A stretch of 64,000 nucleotides of DNA from Candidatus Melainabacteria bacterium 17Bon1m (GTDB taxonomy: Bacteria > Cyanobacteriota > Vampirovibrionia > Obscuribacterales > Obscuribacteraceae). Positions 38,625 through 48,807 of this stretch are shown here, piece by piece (position 1 is the stretch's first letter; every line of letters begins with the position of its first letter). A model generated the notes under the pieces. That model did no database searches, was not told the origin of the DNA, and saw only the letters and a list, made by a program, of their open reading frames with translations. Made by a program: the position numbers and the translations under genes. The DNA lies in assembly GCA_032128875.1 (NCBI GenBank), contig JAVLKG010000001.1, positions 1,081,453 through 1,145,452 of the forward strand. The letters are read 5' to 3'.

Positions 38625-40428
38625 TGTTTTCACCGCCCGCTAGTTCAGCAATTTTTTGACTTTTGATTGATTGACTGCCGGTTTTTACCGGTTGTGACAT
38701 CGTATTTGATTGTGGTTGGTTCGGTGTAGTCGAAGTAGATGCAGGTGCTTCAGAAAGTTTTGCTGATATTGAAAAATCCAAACGTTCTGGAGTCTTTTCC
38801 TGCCGTGTCACCCAGTCCACCTGAGAATCTTGGAGAAAGACAGAACCACCCATATTGATCGCGAGATTTGAAACACTATTGAAGTCGATGGCAATACCTT
38901 CGACCTTCATTTCTTTTCCGCGTAAAGTAATTCTGTCAATTTGAACGCCTTTCGGAGTGTCGATTGTCAATTCAGAAAGCAGAGCAGACCAGCGATTATG
39001 TTTTTTCAAAAGAGCGTCCAGCACTCGTTTTCTGGCGCTTAAAATCGTATTCTCCTGGCGCGTGTTCGCCATCGATTTTATTTGCTGATTGCCCAACATA
39101 ATTTCATTAGAGAGCGTTTCGATCTCTTGCTCTTTTTGAGGCAAATCGACATAGCGCATGATTCCATATGCAGCTAGCCCGAGAGCCAGCAAGGCAATTC
39201 CTGCAATCAATACTGGTTTTTGCCAAGCAGGAGGACCTATTGAGAGATCCTTCGTCATTGTCTGTGTGGCACGCTCATCAAAGAGCAGTGGCACGCGACC
39301 TTCTTTATTTAAATCGAGGTCGACCGTGTATGAAGGATTCCACGTTGGTTCAATGGACGAACCAATAAGGGCGGCAAGAATTGGGCGCATGCGATCGACG
39401 ATTTCTGTTTCGTCATGCCTGATGTCTCGCATCGGATCGCTAATTACCGTGCGCACATTCAATTTATTCGAGAAGAATTGATCAAGCCCGGGCACCATGC
39501 AACCCGGACCGGCAAGGATAATCTGGTCCATCTTCACGTCGCCGACTTGCGAGCGATAAAATTCCAGTGACTTGGAAAGCTCGTCGGATATGTCACTAAA
39601 TATGGTGCGAGCTACTTGAGCCGCTTGTCCCATTTTGGGATCGGTTGGATTCGGATTGAAGATCGAAATCTCCGGCAACATGTCGAGTGCTTGATCGAAT
39701 GGCATGTCCAGGCTTCGTGAGACAGCCTCGGTCATGGCTTCGACACCTAGCATTACGGAGCGCCCAAAGAGAGGCATGCAACTGCGGACGATGTTGATGT
39801 CGGTTGCGTCTTGCCGCATGTTTACTATCATCGAAAGATGCCCGGATGACCCGAGATATCCGGACAACGCCATGCTTCGAATGACCGCAAGAGATGATAC
39901 TTCGACCCGACCGAGTTTTGCTCCGGCAGCGTCAGCCATACGCCAATAAGCTTCGACGATGCTGCGCTGGATTGCTGCAAGAATGACATCGACTCGTCTG
40001 ACGCCATCGAAGTCTGTTCGCTCCGTCGCCGGCATTACAGCCCAGTCCAGGTTGGCGTCGGCAATTGGAAATGGAACGTGATTGGTCGCTTCCTGGGTGA
40101 CGACGTCTGCCAGCTCGTCCTCCGGCATACCTACAGGAACCGGCATCAGACGAATTACCACAGCTTGAGCCGGAACGACGATGTTAAGAACCGGCGTTTG
40201 CCCGGATGGAGGCACACCGGCTTCATTCATCAGGTCGATGACGACTTCGCCGATTAATTCAGGTTCGGCAACTACACCTTCCCTTACCGAGTTAGCCGGC
40301 GTAGGCTGGCAAGCAAAACGAGCCACTTCGATTCCGGCGCGGGTTTTTTCCAGCTGCAAAAGAGTAATGCTGTCGCTGTTTATGTCCAGCCCCAGCGTCG
40401 GTCCTTTGCGTTTTCCAAAACCGAACAT
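38614..40428 (-). CDS. pilM: Fused PilM-PilN type IV pilus assembly protein
   Basis: LGLDI actin-like PilM, SLEFYRSQ, then DLNK, a TM helix, coiled coil and WSALLSEL..TPKGVQI PilN domain in one frame. Confidence 0.88.
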   Translation of the reverse strand: MFGFGKRKGPTLGLDINSDSITLLQLEKTRAGIEVARFACQPTPANSVREGVVAEPELIGEVVIDLMNEAGVPPSGQTPVLNIVVPAQAVVIRLMPVPVGMPEDELADVVTQEATNHVPFPIADANLDWAVMPATERTDFDGVRRVDVILAAIQRSIVEAYWRMADAAGAKLGRVEVSSLAVIRSMALSGYLGSSGHLSMIVNMRQDATDINIVRSCMPLFGRSVMLGVEAMTEAVSRSLDMPFDQALDMLPEISIFNPNPTDPKMGQAAQVARTIFSDISDELSKSLEFYRSQVGDVKMDQIILAGPGCMVPGLDQFFSNKLNVRTVISDPMRDIRHDETEIVDRMRPILAALIGSSIEPTWNPSYTVDLDLNKEGRVPLLFDERATQTMTKDLSIGPPAWQKPVLIAGIALLALGLAAYGIMRYVDLPQKEQEIETLSNEIMLGNQQIKSMANTRQENTILSARKRVLDALLKKHNRWSALLSELTIDTPKGVQIDRITLRGKEMKVEGIAIDFNSVSNLAINMGGSVFLQDSQVDWVTRQEKTPERLDFSISAKLSEAPASTSTTPNQPQSNTMSQPVKTGSQSIKSQKIAELAGGENNAH

Positions 40429-40531
40429 TATTCAAATCCGCATTCAGATTTACAGGTCCACATGTTCAAGTTTAGTCCAAAATCGGCCTTATATAGATGC
40501 TTTAATGAGATCTGGCTGACTTGCCCCTGGC

Positions 40532-41605
40532 TCACATTCTTTCGGCCGGGAAAATCGAGTGTGGCATTATGAACATCGAGACTCCAGCGGCCATCGCCAA
40601 TGCTGGACCGAACGGGAAGGGTTTGGAAACTCTTTTGCCGGTCCAGATATAAGCGAAAACACCGGATGCGATGGCAAATATTGCTATTGATACGCCCCAC
40701 TGAACTTCCCAAATAGACTGGCTGCTTACCTGCGCCAAAACGGAGAACATAGCGGTGCCGACAACGGCCGCGACACCAAACCAAATGAGCCCCCACTTGA
40801 GGCAATGTCTAAATATGCCTGCCTTCTTCATCTCTCGGGTCAGATAAACTCCACCCAGGAGTGCACCAAGGATGAAACCAAGCATAACCGCAACTATTAA
40901 GCGCTCCCAGCCAAGCCAAGCAGAAACCAGAGCAGCCAGCACGGCATCGCCGCCGCCCATCACTTCGAATTCTTCTTCCTCTTTTGCTGGCCCTACTTCA
41001 AACACTGCGTCGATTTCTTCATCGCCCTCTTCTTCCTCCGGCGTCTCTTTTGATTCGGGGTGCAGATACGGATAAAGTACGAGTCCATAGAAAGCAATGA
41101 AGTCAAAGAGGATATAGCTGCCGCCGATACCGGCCATGGTGCCAACTAGATCGTTGCGAACCAAACCGCTGAACATAATTCCAAGAAGAATGGAAGGATA
41201 AGTAATCTCGTGCGGGATGAGCTTCTCGCGGAAGTCCGTGACGGTTACAGCAATCAGCACCGAGGAGAAATAGAGCATGCCGAAGCCTTCAGGCGTCAGG
41301 CCAAACCGCCAGATAACAACCATGAACCAGAGGGCAGTAAATAGTTCAACAACCGGATATTGCCATGAGATTTTTTTCTTGCAGTGCTTGCATCTTCCGC
41401 CGATCAAAAAATAAGAAGCGATCGGAATGAGCTCGAAGGGTCCCAATCTCTTGTCGCAATCGGGACACGAAGACGGCGGCCAGAACACGTTTTTCTCAGC
41501 CAACGATCGAATTGCCAGTACATTGAGAAAGCTGCCGACACACGCACCCACAACAAATGTGAGCGAGTAGAGCGCTGCCGGTGAATCTGCGATAGATATG
41601 CTCAT
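40532..41605 (-). CDS. pilD: Prepilin peptidase/N-methyltransferase
   Basis: GSFLNV, CPDC..CKHC, ISWQYPVVE, TDF, MGGGDA, PFGPAL. Confidence 0.93.
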   Translation of the reverse strand: MSISIADSPAALYSLTFVVGACVGSFLNVLAIRSLAEKNVFWPPSSCPDCDKRLGPFELIPIASYFLIGGRCKHCKKKISWQYPVVELFTALWFMVVIWRFGLTPEGFGMLYFSSVLIAVTVTDFREKLIPHEITYPSILLGIMFSGLVRNDLVGTMAGIGGSYILFDFIAFYGLVLYPYLHPESKETPEEEEGDEEIDAVFEVGPAKEEEEFEVMGGGDAVLAALVSAWLGWERLIVAVMLGFILGALLGGVYLTREMKKAGIFRHCLKWGLIWFGVAAVVGTAMFSVLAQVSSQSIWEVQWGVSIAIFAIASGVFAYIWTGKRVSKPFPFGPALAMAAGVSMFIMPHSIFPAERM

Positions 41606-42423
41606 GTGAATTCTTTTCTTTCTGTCACTATAGCTGCTAAAACCAGCAGCATGAGGACATAGGCAAGCACATAAGTGATGAGGTAGGTCAGTACCTCAGT
41701 CCCTGGAACTGTCCCATACAAAAGATGCCCGCGAATTCTGGTCAAGCCGGCAAAATCGGGAAGACAATAAAAAACTATGCTGAGGCATTGCGCAAGAAAT
41801 GGATTTTGAGAAAGTTTGCCCAATTCCAAAAGAGACTCTCCCAGATGTCCTGCAAGCCAGATTGCCAGGGTGAAAAGCACGCTCATGACCGGGGTTGAGA
41901 ACGTCGAAAAAAACGTAGCCAGGGCGGTTACGAATAATAGTTCTAGGTAAATAAGCGACAGTTCTTGAGTAATTTCTCTAAGCTGATCAAAGAAAGAAGC
42001 GCCTCCAAAACCGCTGCCAACCGAAGCAACAATTATGGAGAGAAACGCTCCCATCGCCGCTACCATGACCAGAACGCAGAGGCAAAGACCGATATATTTC
42101 CCCAGCACAAACTGCCATCCGCTCACAGGCTTCGTGAAAATGATGTAGATGGTGCGTCTCTCGAGTTCTTTATAAACAAGATTGGTGCCTGCAAAAACTG
42201 CGATGATGCCACCAATTAGAGAAATTGCCGCAAGCCCGATGTCCTTAAGGATGCGAATATCCTGACCTACGGATAGCGAACCGAGAATTATGCCGAGTAC
42301 GGTGACAATCGCGGCGAAAAGAATCAACGCGTAAATAATGCGGTCGCGAACTGTCTCACGAAAAGTGTTCAGCGCTATCGCTATGACCGCATCGACGGAA
42401 TTGTTGCGGCTGTTCTCGCTCAT
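41602..42423 (-). CDS. ABC transporter permease (PilI-like)
   Basis: IALNTFRETVRDR, KELERRTIY..TKPVS..FVLGKY; within the pil locus. Confidence 0.85.
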   Translation of the reverse strand: MSENSRNNSVDAVIAIALNTFRETVRDRIIYALILFAAIVTVLGIILGSLSVGQDIRILKDIGLAAISLIGGIIAVFAGTNLVYKELERRTIYIIFTKPVSGWQFVLGKYIGLCLCVLVMVAAMGAFLSIIVASVGSGFGGASFFDQLREITQELSLIYLELLFVTALATFFSTFSTPVMSVLFTLAIWLAGHLGESLLELGKLSQNPFLAQCLSIVFYCLPDFAGLTRIRGHLLYGTVPGTEVLTYLITYVLAYVLMLLVLAAIVTERKEFT

Positions 42424-43220
42424 GAGACAGCCTCCTTCGATTGAGTTCCGGCAGCTGCCGCCGCGCCGCTGTCCGCTTCGGCTTTTGCAATTACCTCGAG
42501 GAAGAAATCTTCCAGGTCTTTGTAATTACCCTGCCCCGAAATGTTCTTCACTTTCTCCTGCACCACCATGCGCCCCTTGAACATGACGCCGACCCGGTCG
42601 CAGACCTCGTTGACGTCCGGCAGCAGATGGGAGTTGAAAAATATAGTGGTGCCTTTTTCTTTTAGAGAAAGAAGAATTTGGCGTACATCTCGGCGCCCGA
42701 TCGGATCGAGACCGGACATAGGCTCGTCCCAGAAGACCAGTTCCGGGTTATTGATCAAAGACTGCGCGATGCCCAGCCTTTGCAGCATTCCTTTGGAATA
42801 CTTACGCATCTGCATGTCTGCCGCTTCACTCAGTCCGACTGTCTTTATCAGTTCGCCGGCGCGCTCTCGCCTTTGTTTTGATTCGATACCGAACAATTGA
42901 CCGGCAAAATCGAGAAATTCCCTGCCGGTCAAATGTGAGTAGAAGTATGGGTTTTCAGGCAAATAGCCGAGTTTTGCCAGTGCGCGTTTGTCGCCTGCGG
43001 GCATGCCAAGAATCTCTGCTTTCCCTTCCGTGGGCCGCATCAGTCCTAGCATCAGTTTTATGGATGTAGTTTTGCCCGCCCCGTTCGGTCCGATCAGACC
43101 AAACGTTTCGCCTCTGGTTACGCTCAAATCCAGCCCGCTTAGAATACGGACTTTGCGGCGTAAAAGACTGCTGGTTAGCTCTTTAGATAAGTTGGTCGTT
43201 TGGATGACAACATCCGACAT
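42420..43220 (-). CDS. ABC transporter ATP-binding protein (PilH-like)
   Basis: GPNGAGKTT, GYLPENPYFY, YSKGMLQR, DEPMSGLDP. Confidence 0.92.
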   Translation of the reverse strand: MSDVVIQTTNLSKELTSSLLRRKVRILSGLDLSVTRGETFGLIGPNGAGKTTSIKLMLGLMRPTEGKAEILGMPAGDKRALAKLGYLPENPYFYSHLTGREFLDFAGQLFGIESKQRRERAGELIKTVGLSEAADMQMRKYSKGMLQRLGIAQSLINNPELVFWDEPMSGLDPIGRRDVRQILLSLKEKGTTIFFNSHLLPDVNEVCDRVGVMFKGRMVVQEKVKNISGQGNYKDLEDFFLEVIAKAEADSGAAAAAGTQSKEAVS

Positions 43221-43223
43221 CGA

Positions 43224-44105
43224 CTAACTGCCTTTCTGACCACCAGTCTTTCTGTTCTGCGTGATGATCTTATGGAGTTCGGCAGTTGCTGCTCTCAGTC
43301 GGCGAGAGACTTGCATCTGCGAAATTCCCAAGCGGCGCGCTACTTCTGTTTGGCTCAAATCTTCGTAGAAAGTCAGCTGCACGACTTCGCGCAGACCATC
43401 TCTCAACTGTTTGATTGCCTCAGCCAACATGAAGCGGTCTTCTTTCGCCATCTGATTTGTTTGGTATTTGCCATCCACCAGAGTGTCGATGAGCGACTGC
43501 TCGGAGCCTGCATCGTTGGACAGCGCTTGGTCCAGAGAGATCAAAGTGCGTCTGCGATCGACTTCGTATGCTTCATTGACGCGGCTGACTGGAATTTCCA
43601 GTTCATGCGCGATTTCAACGTCTGAAGGCTCGCGGCCAAGACGTGCAGTAAGACTTTGCACCAGTCTATTGATGCGGAAGGACAACTCCTGCAATTCGCG
43701 CGGTGCACGAATCATGGCAGTCTTGTCTCTCAGATAATGTCGAATTTCGCCAGTAATCAAGTGTGTGGCGTAAGTTTGGAACTTGGCGCCGGCATCGGGC
43801 TTGAACTGGTCGACTGCCTTGATGAGCCCGATAGAGCCCACCTGGATCAGATCTTCGACAGGGTCGGTCGAGCGTCGCGCCAGACCGTAGGCAATTCTTT
43901 TCACAAGCGGTAAGGACGCTTGGATGATCGAGTCACGCATGGCCGGATCGCGAGATTCAGAATACACAGATAGCCAGTGGTGAATCTGGTCTGTACCTTT
44001 TCCTGTTGCGTCCATTTTGGCCGTTGTGCCGCTCGATATAGATGATGACTTTGATACGTACAAGCTTTTGCTCACTTGATATATTTTCACAGACCCGCCA
44101 GACAT
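43224..44105 (-). CDS. sigF: SigB/SigF/SigG-family RNA polymerase sigma factor
   Basis: EDLIQVGSIGLIKAVDQF, GEIRHYLRD, LGREPS, ISLD, DLSQTEVARRLGISQMQVSRRL; start may be downstream. Confidence 0.9.
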   Translation of the reverse strand: MSGGSVKIYQVSKSLYVSKSSSISSGTTAKMDATGKGTDQIHHWLSVYSESRDPAMRDSIIQASLPLVKRIAYGLARRSTDPVEDLIQVGSIGLIKAVDQFKPDAGAKFQTYATHLITGEIRHYLRDKTAMIRAPRELQELSFRINRLVQSLTARLGREPSDVEIAHELEIPVSRVNEAYEVDRRRTLISLDQALSNDAGSEQSLIDTLVDGKYQTNQMAKEDRFMLAEAIKQLRDGLREVVQLTFYEDLSQTEVARRLGISQMQVSRRLRAATAELHKIITQNRKTGGQKGS

Positions 44106-44172
44106 ATTGTAGAACCCTAAGGCAGATTAGCAAACAAAAAGATTAATCGCCAGTGCTTGGAAATATGAATTG

Positions 44173-45405
44173 CTATCTAAGTTGTTCGATTACGGTGAAA
44201 ATCGGCAGATACATACCCACGACAACTGACCCGACAATTCCCCCAATCCCAACAACCATGATGGGTTCGAGCAACGAGGTCAGTGACTCGACAGAGTTGT
44301 CCACTTCCATATCGTAAAATTCGGCGACTTTGGTCAACATCTCGTCCAAATTCCCAGTTTCTTCTCCAACCGCCACCATTTGAGTGACCATGGCCGGAAA
44401 GAGGGAAATTCTTGCCATCGGTTTGGAGATGGACCCGCCCTGTCTTACCTCGTTGTAGATTTTCTCCACCGAACGGGCAATGCTGGCGTTTCCGGCGGTG
44501 TCTTTGACCACGTCAAGAGCAGATAGCATTGGTACCCCGGCTTTGATTAGCGTGCCGAAGGTGCGGCAAAAGCGGGCTATTGCAACCTTTCTTGATAAAT
44601 CGCCGAAGAGTGGAAGCGATAGAAAGATGCCGTCTATGTGCTCGCGCCCCTTTTCCGTCCGGTAATAACGCCGGACAAAATAGAGAGAGACAAGGACGCA
44701 TACAACGAAAAGCGCCATCCAAATAGAGCGCATGTATTCCGACAGGCTCATCAAAAATCTTGTGTAAGCCGGCAGTTCTGACCCTATGTTTTTGAAGAGT
44801 CCTTCAAAAATAGGCAAAATAAAGGTCAGCATCACCCAGAAAACAAGAACGGCAATTGCCAACACTACCGAAGGGTAAACCATTGCTGAGCGCACTTTTT
44901 GGTTGAGCTTCTGGCGAGCCTCCAGAAAGTCGGCAAGACGGGTCAAGACCTCCGCCAGAAATCCGCCTGCTTCTCCTGCTCGGACCATAGACACATATAG
45001 CTTGTCGAAAACCCCGTGCTGCCGCACCAGTGCGTCCGAAAGCGACAGCCCCGACTCTACCGAGCGCCGCACTTCTTCCAGGCAAGACTTCAATTTCCTG
45101 TTCTTGCACTGCTCGACAATAATAGAAAGAGTCCTCAAAAGAGGCACCCCGGCGCTAATCATGGCGGCAAATTGGCGGCTGAAGACAACCATGTCCTTAA
45201 GCCCGATTGGCTCCAGCTTTGCCACTGCAGCATCAAGCTCGGCAATCATAGGAATTTGCATGAGCGAAAAGCCGCGCTCTTTTATTTCGATCACTTCATA
45301 GCCGCGTGCTGAAAGGCGGGCTTGAAGCAGTTGAGCGTTTTCAGCCTTAGCTGAAGACTCCCGGATCGCTCCGCTCATATCTTTTACTTTATAGACAAAG
45401 TCCAT
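44173..45405 (-). CDS. pilC: Type IV pilus platform protein
   Basis: FSRQFAAMISAGVPL, AGEAGG, SAMVYP, VGEETGNLD, LLEP..MYLPIF. Confidence 0.95.
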   Translation of the reverse strand: MDFVYKVKDMSGAIRESSAKAENAQLLQARLSARGYEVIEIKERGFSLMQIPMIAELDAAVAKLEPIGLKDMVVFSRQFAAMISAGVPLLRTLSIIVEQCKNRKLKSCLEEVRRSVESGLSLSDALVRQHGVFDKLYVSMVRAGEAGGFLAEVLTRLADFLEARQKLNQKVRSAMVYPSVVLAIAVLVFWVMLTFILPIFEGLFKNIGSELPAYTRFLMSLSEYMRSIWMALFVVCVLVSLYFVRRYYRTEKGREHIDGIFLSLPLFGDLSRKVAIARFCRTFGTLIKAGVPMLSALDVVKDTAGNASIARSVEKIYNEVRQGGSISKPMARISLFPAMVTQMVAVGEETGNLDEMLTKVAEFYDMEVDNSVESLTSLLEPIMVVGIGGIVGSVVVGMYLPIFTVIEQLR

Positions 45406-45430
45406 TTCGCCCTTCAGCCAAATTCATGAC

Positions 45431-46582
45431 CTAACCGAAACTACCATAGCCGAATCCCTGGCTTCCGCCGGCTCCGGTTCTTGTCGGGGCTTTCGACGCG
45501 GACGCCAGCAACTGTTCCAATTCGTCGGGTCTGGATGTTTTGGCCAGAGCATCTGCCGCGCTGATTGCATTCTGTTTCACCAGTGCTGCCAGGGCTGCTT
45601 CCAAAGTTTGCATCCCGAGATTGCCGCCCATTTGAATGGATGAGTAAATTTGAGCTGTTTTCGATTCTCGAATCAGGTTGGAGATAGCTGCAGTATTGAT
45701 AAGTACTTCTGCTGCAAGCACCCGGCCTTTTGTGACTGGGCTGCCGCCCGCTGATTCCTGCATACGTGGCAATAAGGTTTGGCTGACAATTGCCACCAAG
45801 CCGTTCGATAACATGATGCGAATCTGTTGTTGTTGGCCCGGGGGAAACGCGTCGATAATGCGATCGATGGTTTGTGGTGCAGAGCTCGTGTGCACTGTGC
45901 CAAACACAAGGTGACCGGTTTCTGCTGCCGTAAGCGCCAGGTGGATAGTTTCCAAATCCCGCATTTCACCCACTAAGATGACGTCAGGATCTTCTCTAAG
46001 CGCAGAGCGAAGTGCGTTGGAAAAACTTCTTGTGTCCGCTCCCAGTTCTCTTTGAGAAACAACCGATTTCTTGCTCGAGTGCAAGAACTCAATCGGATCT
46101 TCAATCGTGAGAATGTGTTCGGAACGATTTTCATTTATATAGTCGATCATCGAGGCAAGTGTCGTCGACTTGCCGGAGCCGGTCGGACCAGTGATAAGAA
46201 TCAGTCCGCGTGGCTTTTGCGTAATTTCCTTGCAGATATTCGGCAGGCACAGGTCGGCAAGCGACGGTATTGAGGATGGTACTACGCGAAATGCTGCCGC
46301 ATAATTGCCACGTTCTTTAAATACATTGATACGAAATCGCCCAACTCCATCAATCCCAAAACTCGCATCCAATTCCAGATTGGTTTCCAAAAGGTGTCGC
46401 TGCTCAGGCGTCAAAACCTCAAAGACCAGTCTCTCTACATCGGACTGCGAAAGGGTGGGAAGTTGGCTGCGCAAGAGCTTTCCAGACACACGTATGACAG
46501 GGGGCTGCCCGACTTTCAAATGCAAATCCGATGCCGACCGGTCCTGAACCAGTTGGAGAATTTCCTGCATCTCAATTTGCAT
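45431..46582 (-). CDS. pilT: Twitching motility retraction ATPase
   Basis: ASDLHL, TGPTGSGKSTT, ALREDPD, AAETGHLV, AISNLIRE (AIRNLIRE variant), GMQT. Confidence 0.95.
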   Translation of the reverse strand: MQIEMQEILQLVQDRSASDLHLKVGQPPVIRVSGKLLRSQLPTLSQSDVERLVFEVLTPEQRHLLETNLELDASFGIDGVGRFRINVFKERGNYAAAFRVVPSSIPSLADLCLPNICKEITQKPRGLILITGPTGSGKSTTLASMIDYINENRSEHILTIEDPIEFLHSSKKSVVSQRELGADTRSFSNALRSALREDPDVILVGEMRDLETIHLALTAAETGHLVFGTVHTSSAPQTIDRIIDAFPPGQQQQIRIMLSNGLVAIVSQTLLPRMQESAGGSPVTKGRVLAAEVLINTAAISNLIRESKTAQIYSSIQMGGNLGMQTLEAALAALVKQNAISAADALAKTSRPDELEQLLASASKAPTRTGAGGSQGFGYGSFG

Positions 46583-46596
46583 ATCTGCCCCCTACG

Positions 46597-48660
46597 CTAC
46601 ATCTTCTTCGGCTGCTTCCTTGGCTCCTGGCAATACGGGCAACGCGACCATTCGCCTAGAATTTCAGCATTGCATCCAGTACATTCTGTCTCTCTTTGTG
46701 CTTCCTCTTCTGTCAGTCCGCACTTCGGGCAACTTGTCCATCCTTCTTGCTGCAGTGTTCCGCAACGCTGGCAAGTTGTCTTCAGATCGTGCTGGCAGAA
46801 TGGGCATTTTATAAAATCGTCGCTTATAGGTGTTCGGCATTTAGGGCAAAGCTTGTCATCACCTTCGGTATCAGCCAGGGTCACTCTCACTACTTCATCA
46901 GCCGTCGTCAAGCCCTGACCAACCAGGCGAATACTGTAGTCTTTGAGTGTGATCATGCCTGATTGCTTGCCTGCAAAACGAATCATCGCCGTACTTGAGC
47001 CTTTGGAAATGAGGTCTCGCAGTTCATCATTCATGCGCATGACTTCGAAAACACCGATACGATTTTTGTAGCCGGTTTGATTGCAGCCATCGCATCCAAT
47101 ACCACGCTGAAAGATCGGCCAGCCATTTTCGTCAGTTCTAAAACGGAAATACTGAATAGTTGATTCAGCTGGTTTTTCTTGGAGACGGTCGAGAACACCG
47201 AGATATTCGAGTGCTGACCTCTCCGGTTTATACTCTTGTATGCAGTCAGGGCAAATGCGTCTCACTAATCTTTGGGCGACAACTCCAATGGTCGCCGATG
47301 CCACCAAATACGGGTCCACTTCCATTTCTGCAAGACGAGTAATTGCGCCGGGAGCGTCATTCGTGTGCAATGTGGTGAAAACCAAGTGACCAGTGAGAGC
47401 CGCTTCTACAGCGATTTTTGCTGTTTCACGGTCGCGGGTTTCTCCAACGAGCATGATGTCCGGATCTTGACGCAAGAATGAACGCAATATTCTGGCAAAG
47501 TCCAGTCCTTTTTCACGCAAAACCTGAACCTGCGTAATTCCTGCCATCTCGTATTCAATCGGGTCTTCGGCAGTGACGATATTCACTTCGGGCGAATTGC
47601 GCTCGGCAAGCGCAGAATAGAGGGTCGTTGTTTTTCCTGAACCAGTTGGTCCGGTGACGAAGATAATGCCGTAAGGCTTGCTGACCATCTCGCGAATGAC
47701 ATCAAGGGTGCTCTCATCGCTGACGAGTTTATCCAATCCAAGCATGGTGCCGGACTTGTCGAGCATTCTCATCACAATCTTTTCGCCGTGCTTGGAGGGC
47801 AACGAAGATACCCGGAAGTCAATGTCTCTGCCGGAAAACCGCACTCTAATTCGTCCATCTTGTGGCAAGCGTCTTTCTGCTATGTCCATGTCTGCCATGA
47901 TTTTGTAGCGCGAAACGAGCGCTGCCAAAATCGCACGCGGCAACTTGCGATCGACGAACAGAACACCATCCAGGCGATAACGAATTACAACGGAATTTAC
48001 CGTCGGCTCGATATGGATATCAGAGCAATGTCTTTTGATGGCTTTGGCAAGTACCTGGTTGGCGAGGTGAACGATCGGGGCATCCTGCGCTTGTTTTGCA
48101 AGGTCAAGATCGTTGATGTGATCTTCGGCACTGCTGATTAAGTCGAGCGTTGAGAGATCGACTTCTGCTTCGATGAATGTTTGATCCGCTTCCTCATACG
48201 ACTCTTCTTGCAGCAAATCTTGGCGCGATGCATAGATGTTTTCCATGAAATGCTGGAAGTCGTCTTCTGTGCAAACCATGGTCTTAATCTGCATGCTTTT
48301 CAGGCGATATTTGATATCGTCCAGTGCCAGCAGGTTATTGGGATTGACCATTGCCACCATCAGGCAATTGCCTTCGCTACTTACCGGAACGACCTGGTGC
48401 TGGCGCATCAAAGTCTCCGGTAATAGTTCTAATGCTCCGAGCTCTGGCTGTGATTTTGCCAGTGAAATATATTTGACGCCGAACTGCATTTCCAGAGCGT
48501 TCTGCAGATGGGTTTCATTGGCCAAACCAAGCCGAGACAGAATCAAACTAATCGGCTCGCCGGTGCGAAGCCTCTCTTGCTGAACGAGCTTCAACTCCTC
48601 GGCAGTAATCAGCCCGTTGTCTACGAGCAGTTCTCCAAAATCTTTCTTGATTAGTGCCAT
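46597..48660 (-). CDS. pilB: Type IV pilus extension ATPase with C-terminal Cys-rich zinc ribbons
   Basis: MshEN-like N-terminus, SDIHIEP, RLPQDGR, TGPTGSGKTTT, LRQDPD, ALTGHLV, six C-terminal CxxC. Confidence 0.95.
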   Translation of the reverse strand: MALIKKDFGELLVDNGLITAEELKLVQQERLRTGEPISLILSRLGLANETHLQNALEMQFGVKYISLAKSQPELGALELLPETLMRQHQVVPVSSEGNCLMVAMVNPNNLLALDDIKYRLKSMQIKTMVCTEDDFQHFMENIYASRQDLLQEESYEEADQTFIEAEVDLSTLDLISSAEDHINDLDLAKQAQDAPIVHLANQVLAKAIKRHCSDIHIEPTVNSVVIRYRLDGVLFVDRKLPRAILAALVSRYKIMADMDIAERRLPQDGRIRVRFSGRDIDFRVSSLPSKHGEKIVMRMLDKSGTMLGLDKLVSDESTLDVIREMVSKPYGIIFVTGPTGSGKTTTLYSALAERNSPEVNIVTAEDPIEYEMAGITQVQVLREKGLDFARILRSFLRQDPDIMLVGETRDRETAKIAVEAALTGHLVFTTLHTNDAPGAITRLAEMEVDPYLVASATIGVVAQRLVRRICPDCIQEYKPERSALEYLGVLDRLQEKPAESTIQYFRFRTDENGWPIFQRGIGCDGCNQTGYKNRIGVFEVMRMNDELRDLISKGSSTAMIRFAGKQSGMITLKDYSIRLVGQGLTTADEVVRVTLADTEGDDKLCPKCRTPISDDFIKCPFCQHDLKTTCQRCGTLQQEGWTSCPKCGLTEEEAQRETECTGCNAEILGEWSRCPYCQEPRKQPKKM

Positions 48661-48807
48661 GGTCTTGAGTCTCCAGAAGTGGAAAACAACCGACCTGCGG
48701 TTGATTTTCGACTTAGATTACAAAGCTAACTTTCCACTTTCTTTCTTATAAATACCGGTTGGGCCCAAATCAGAACAATTCGATGTAAAACCGTCGATGC
48801 TCGAAGA

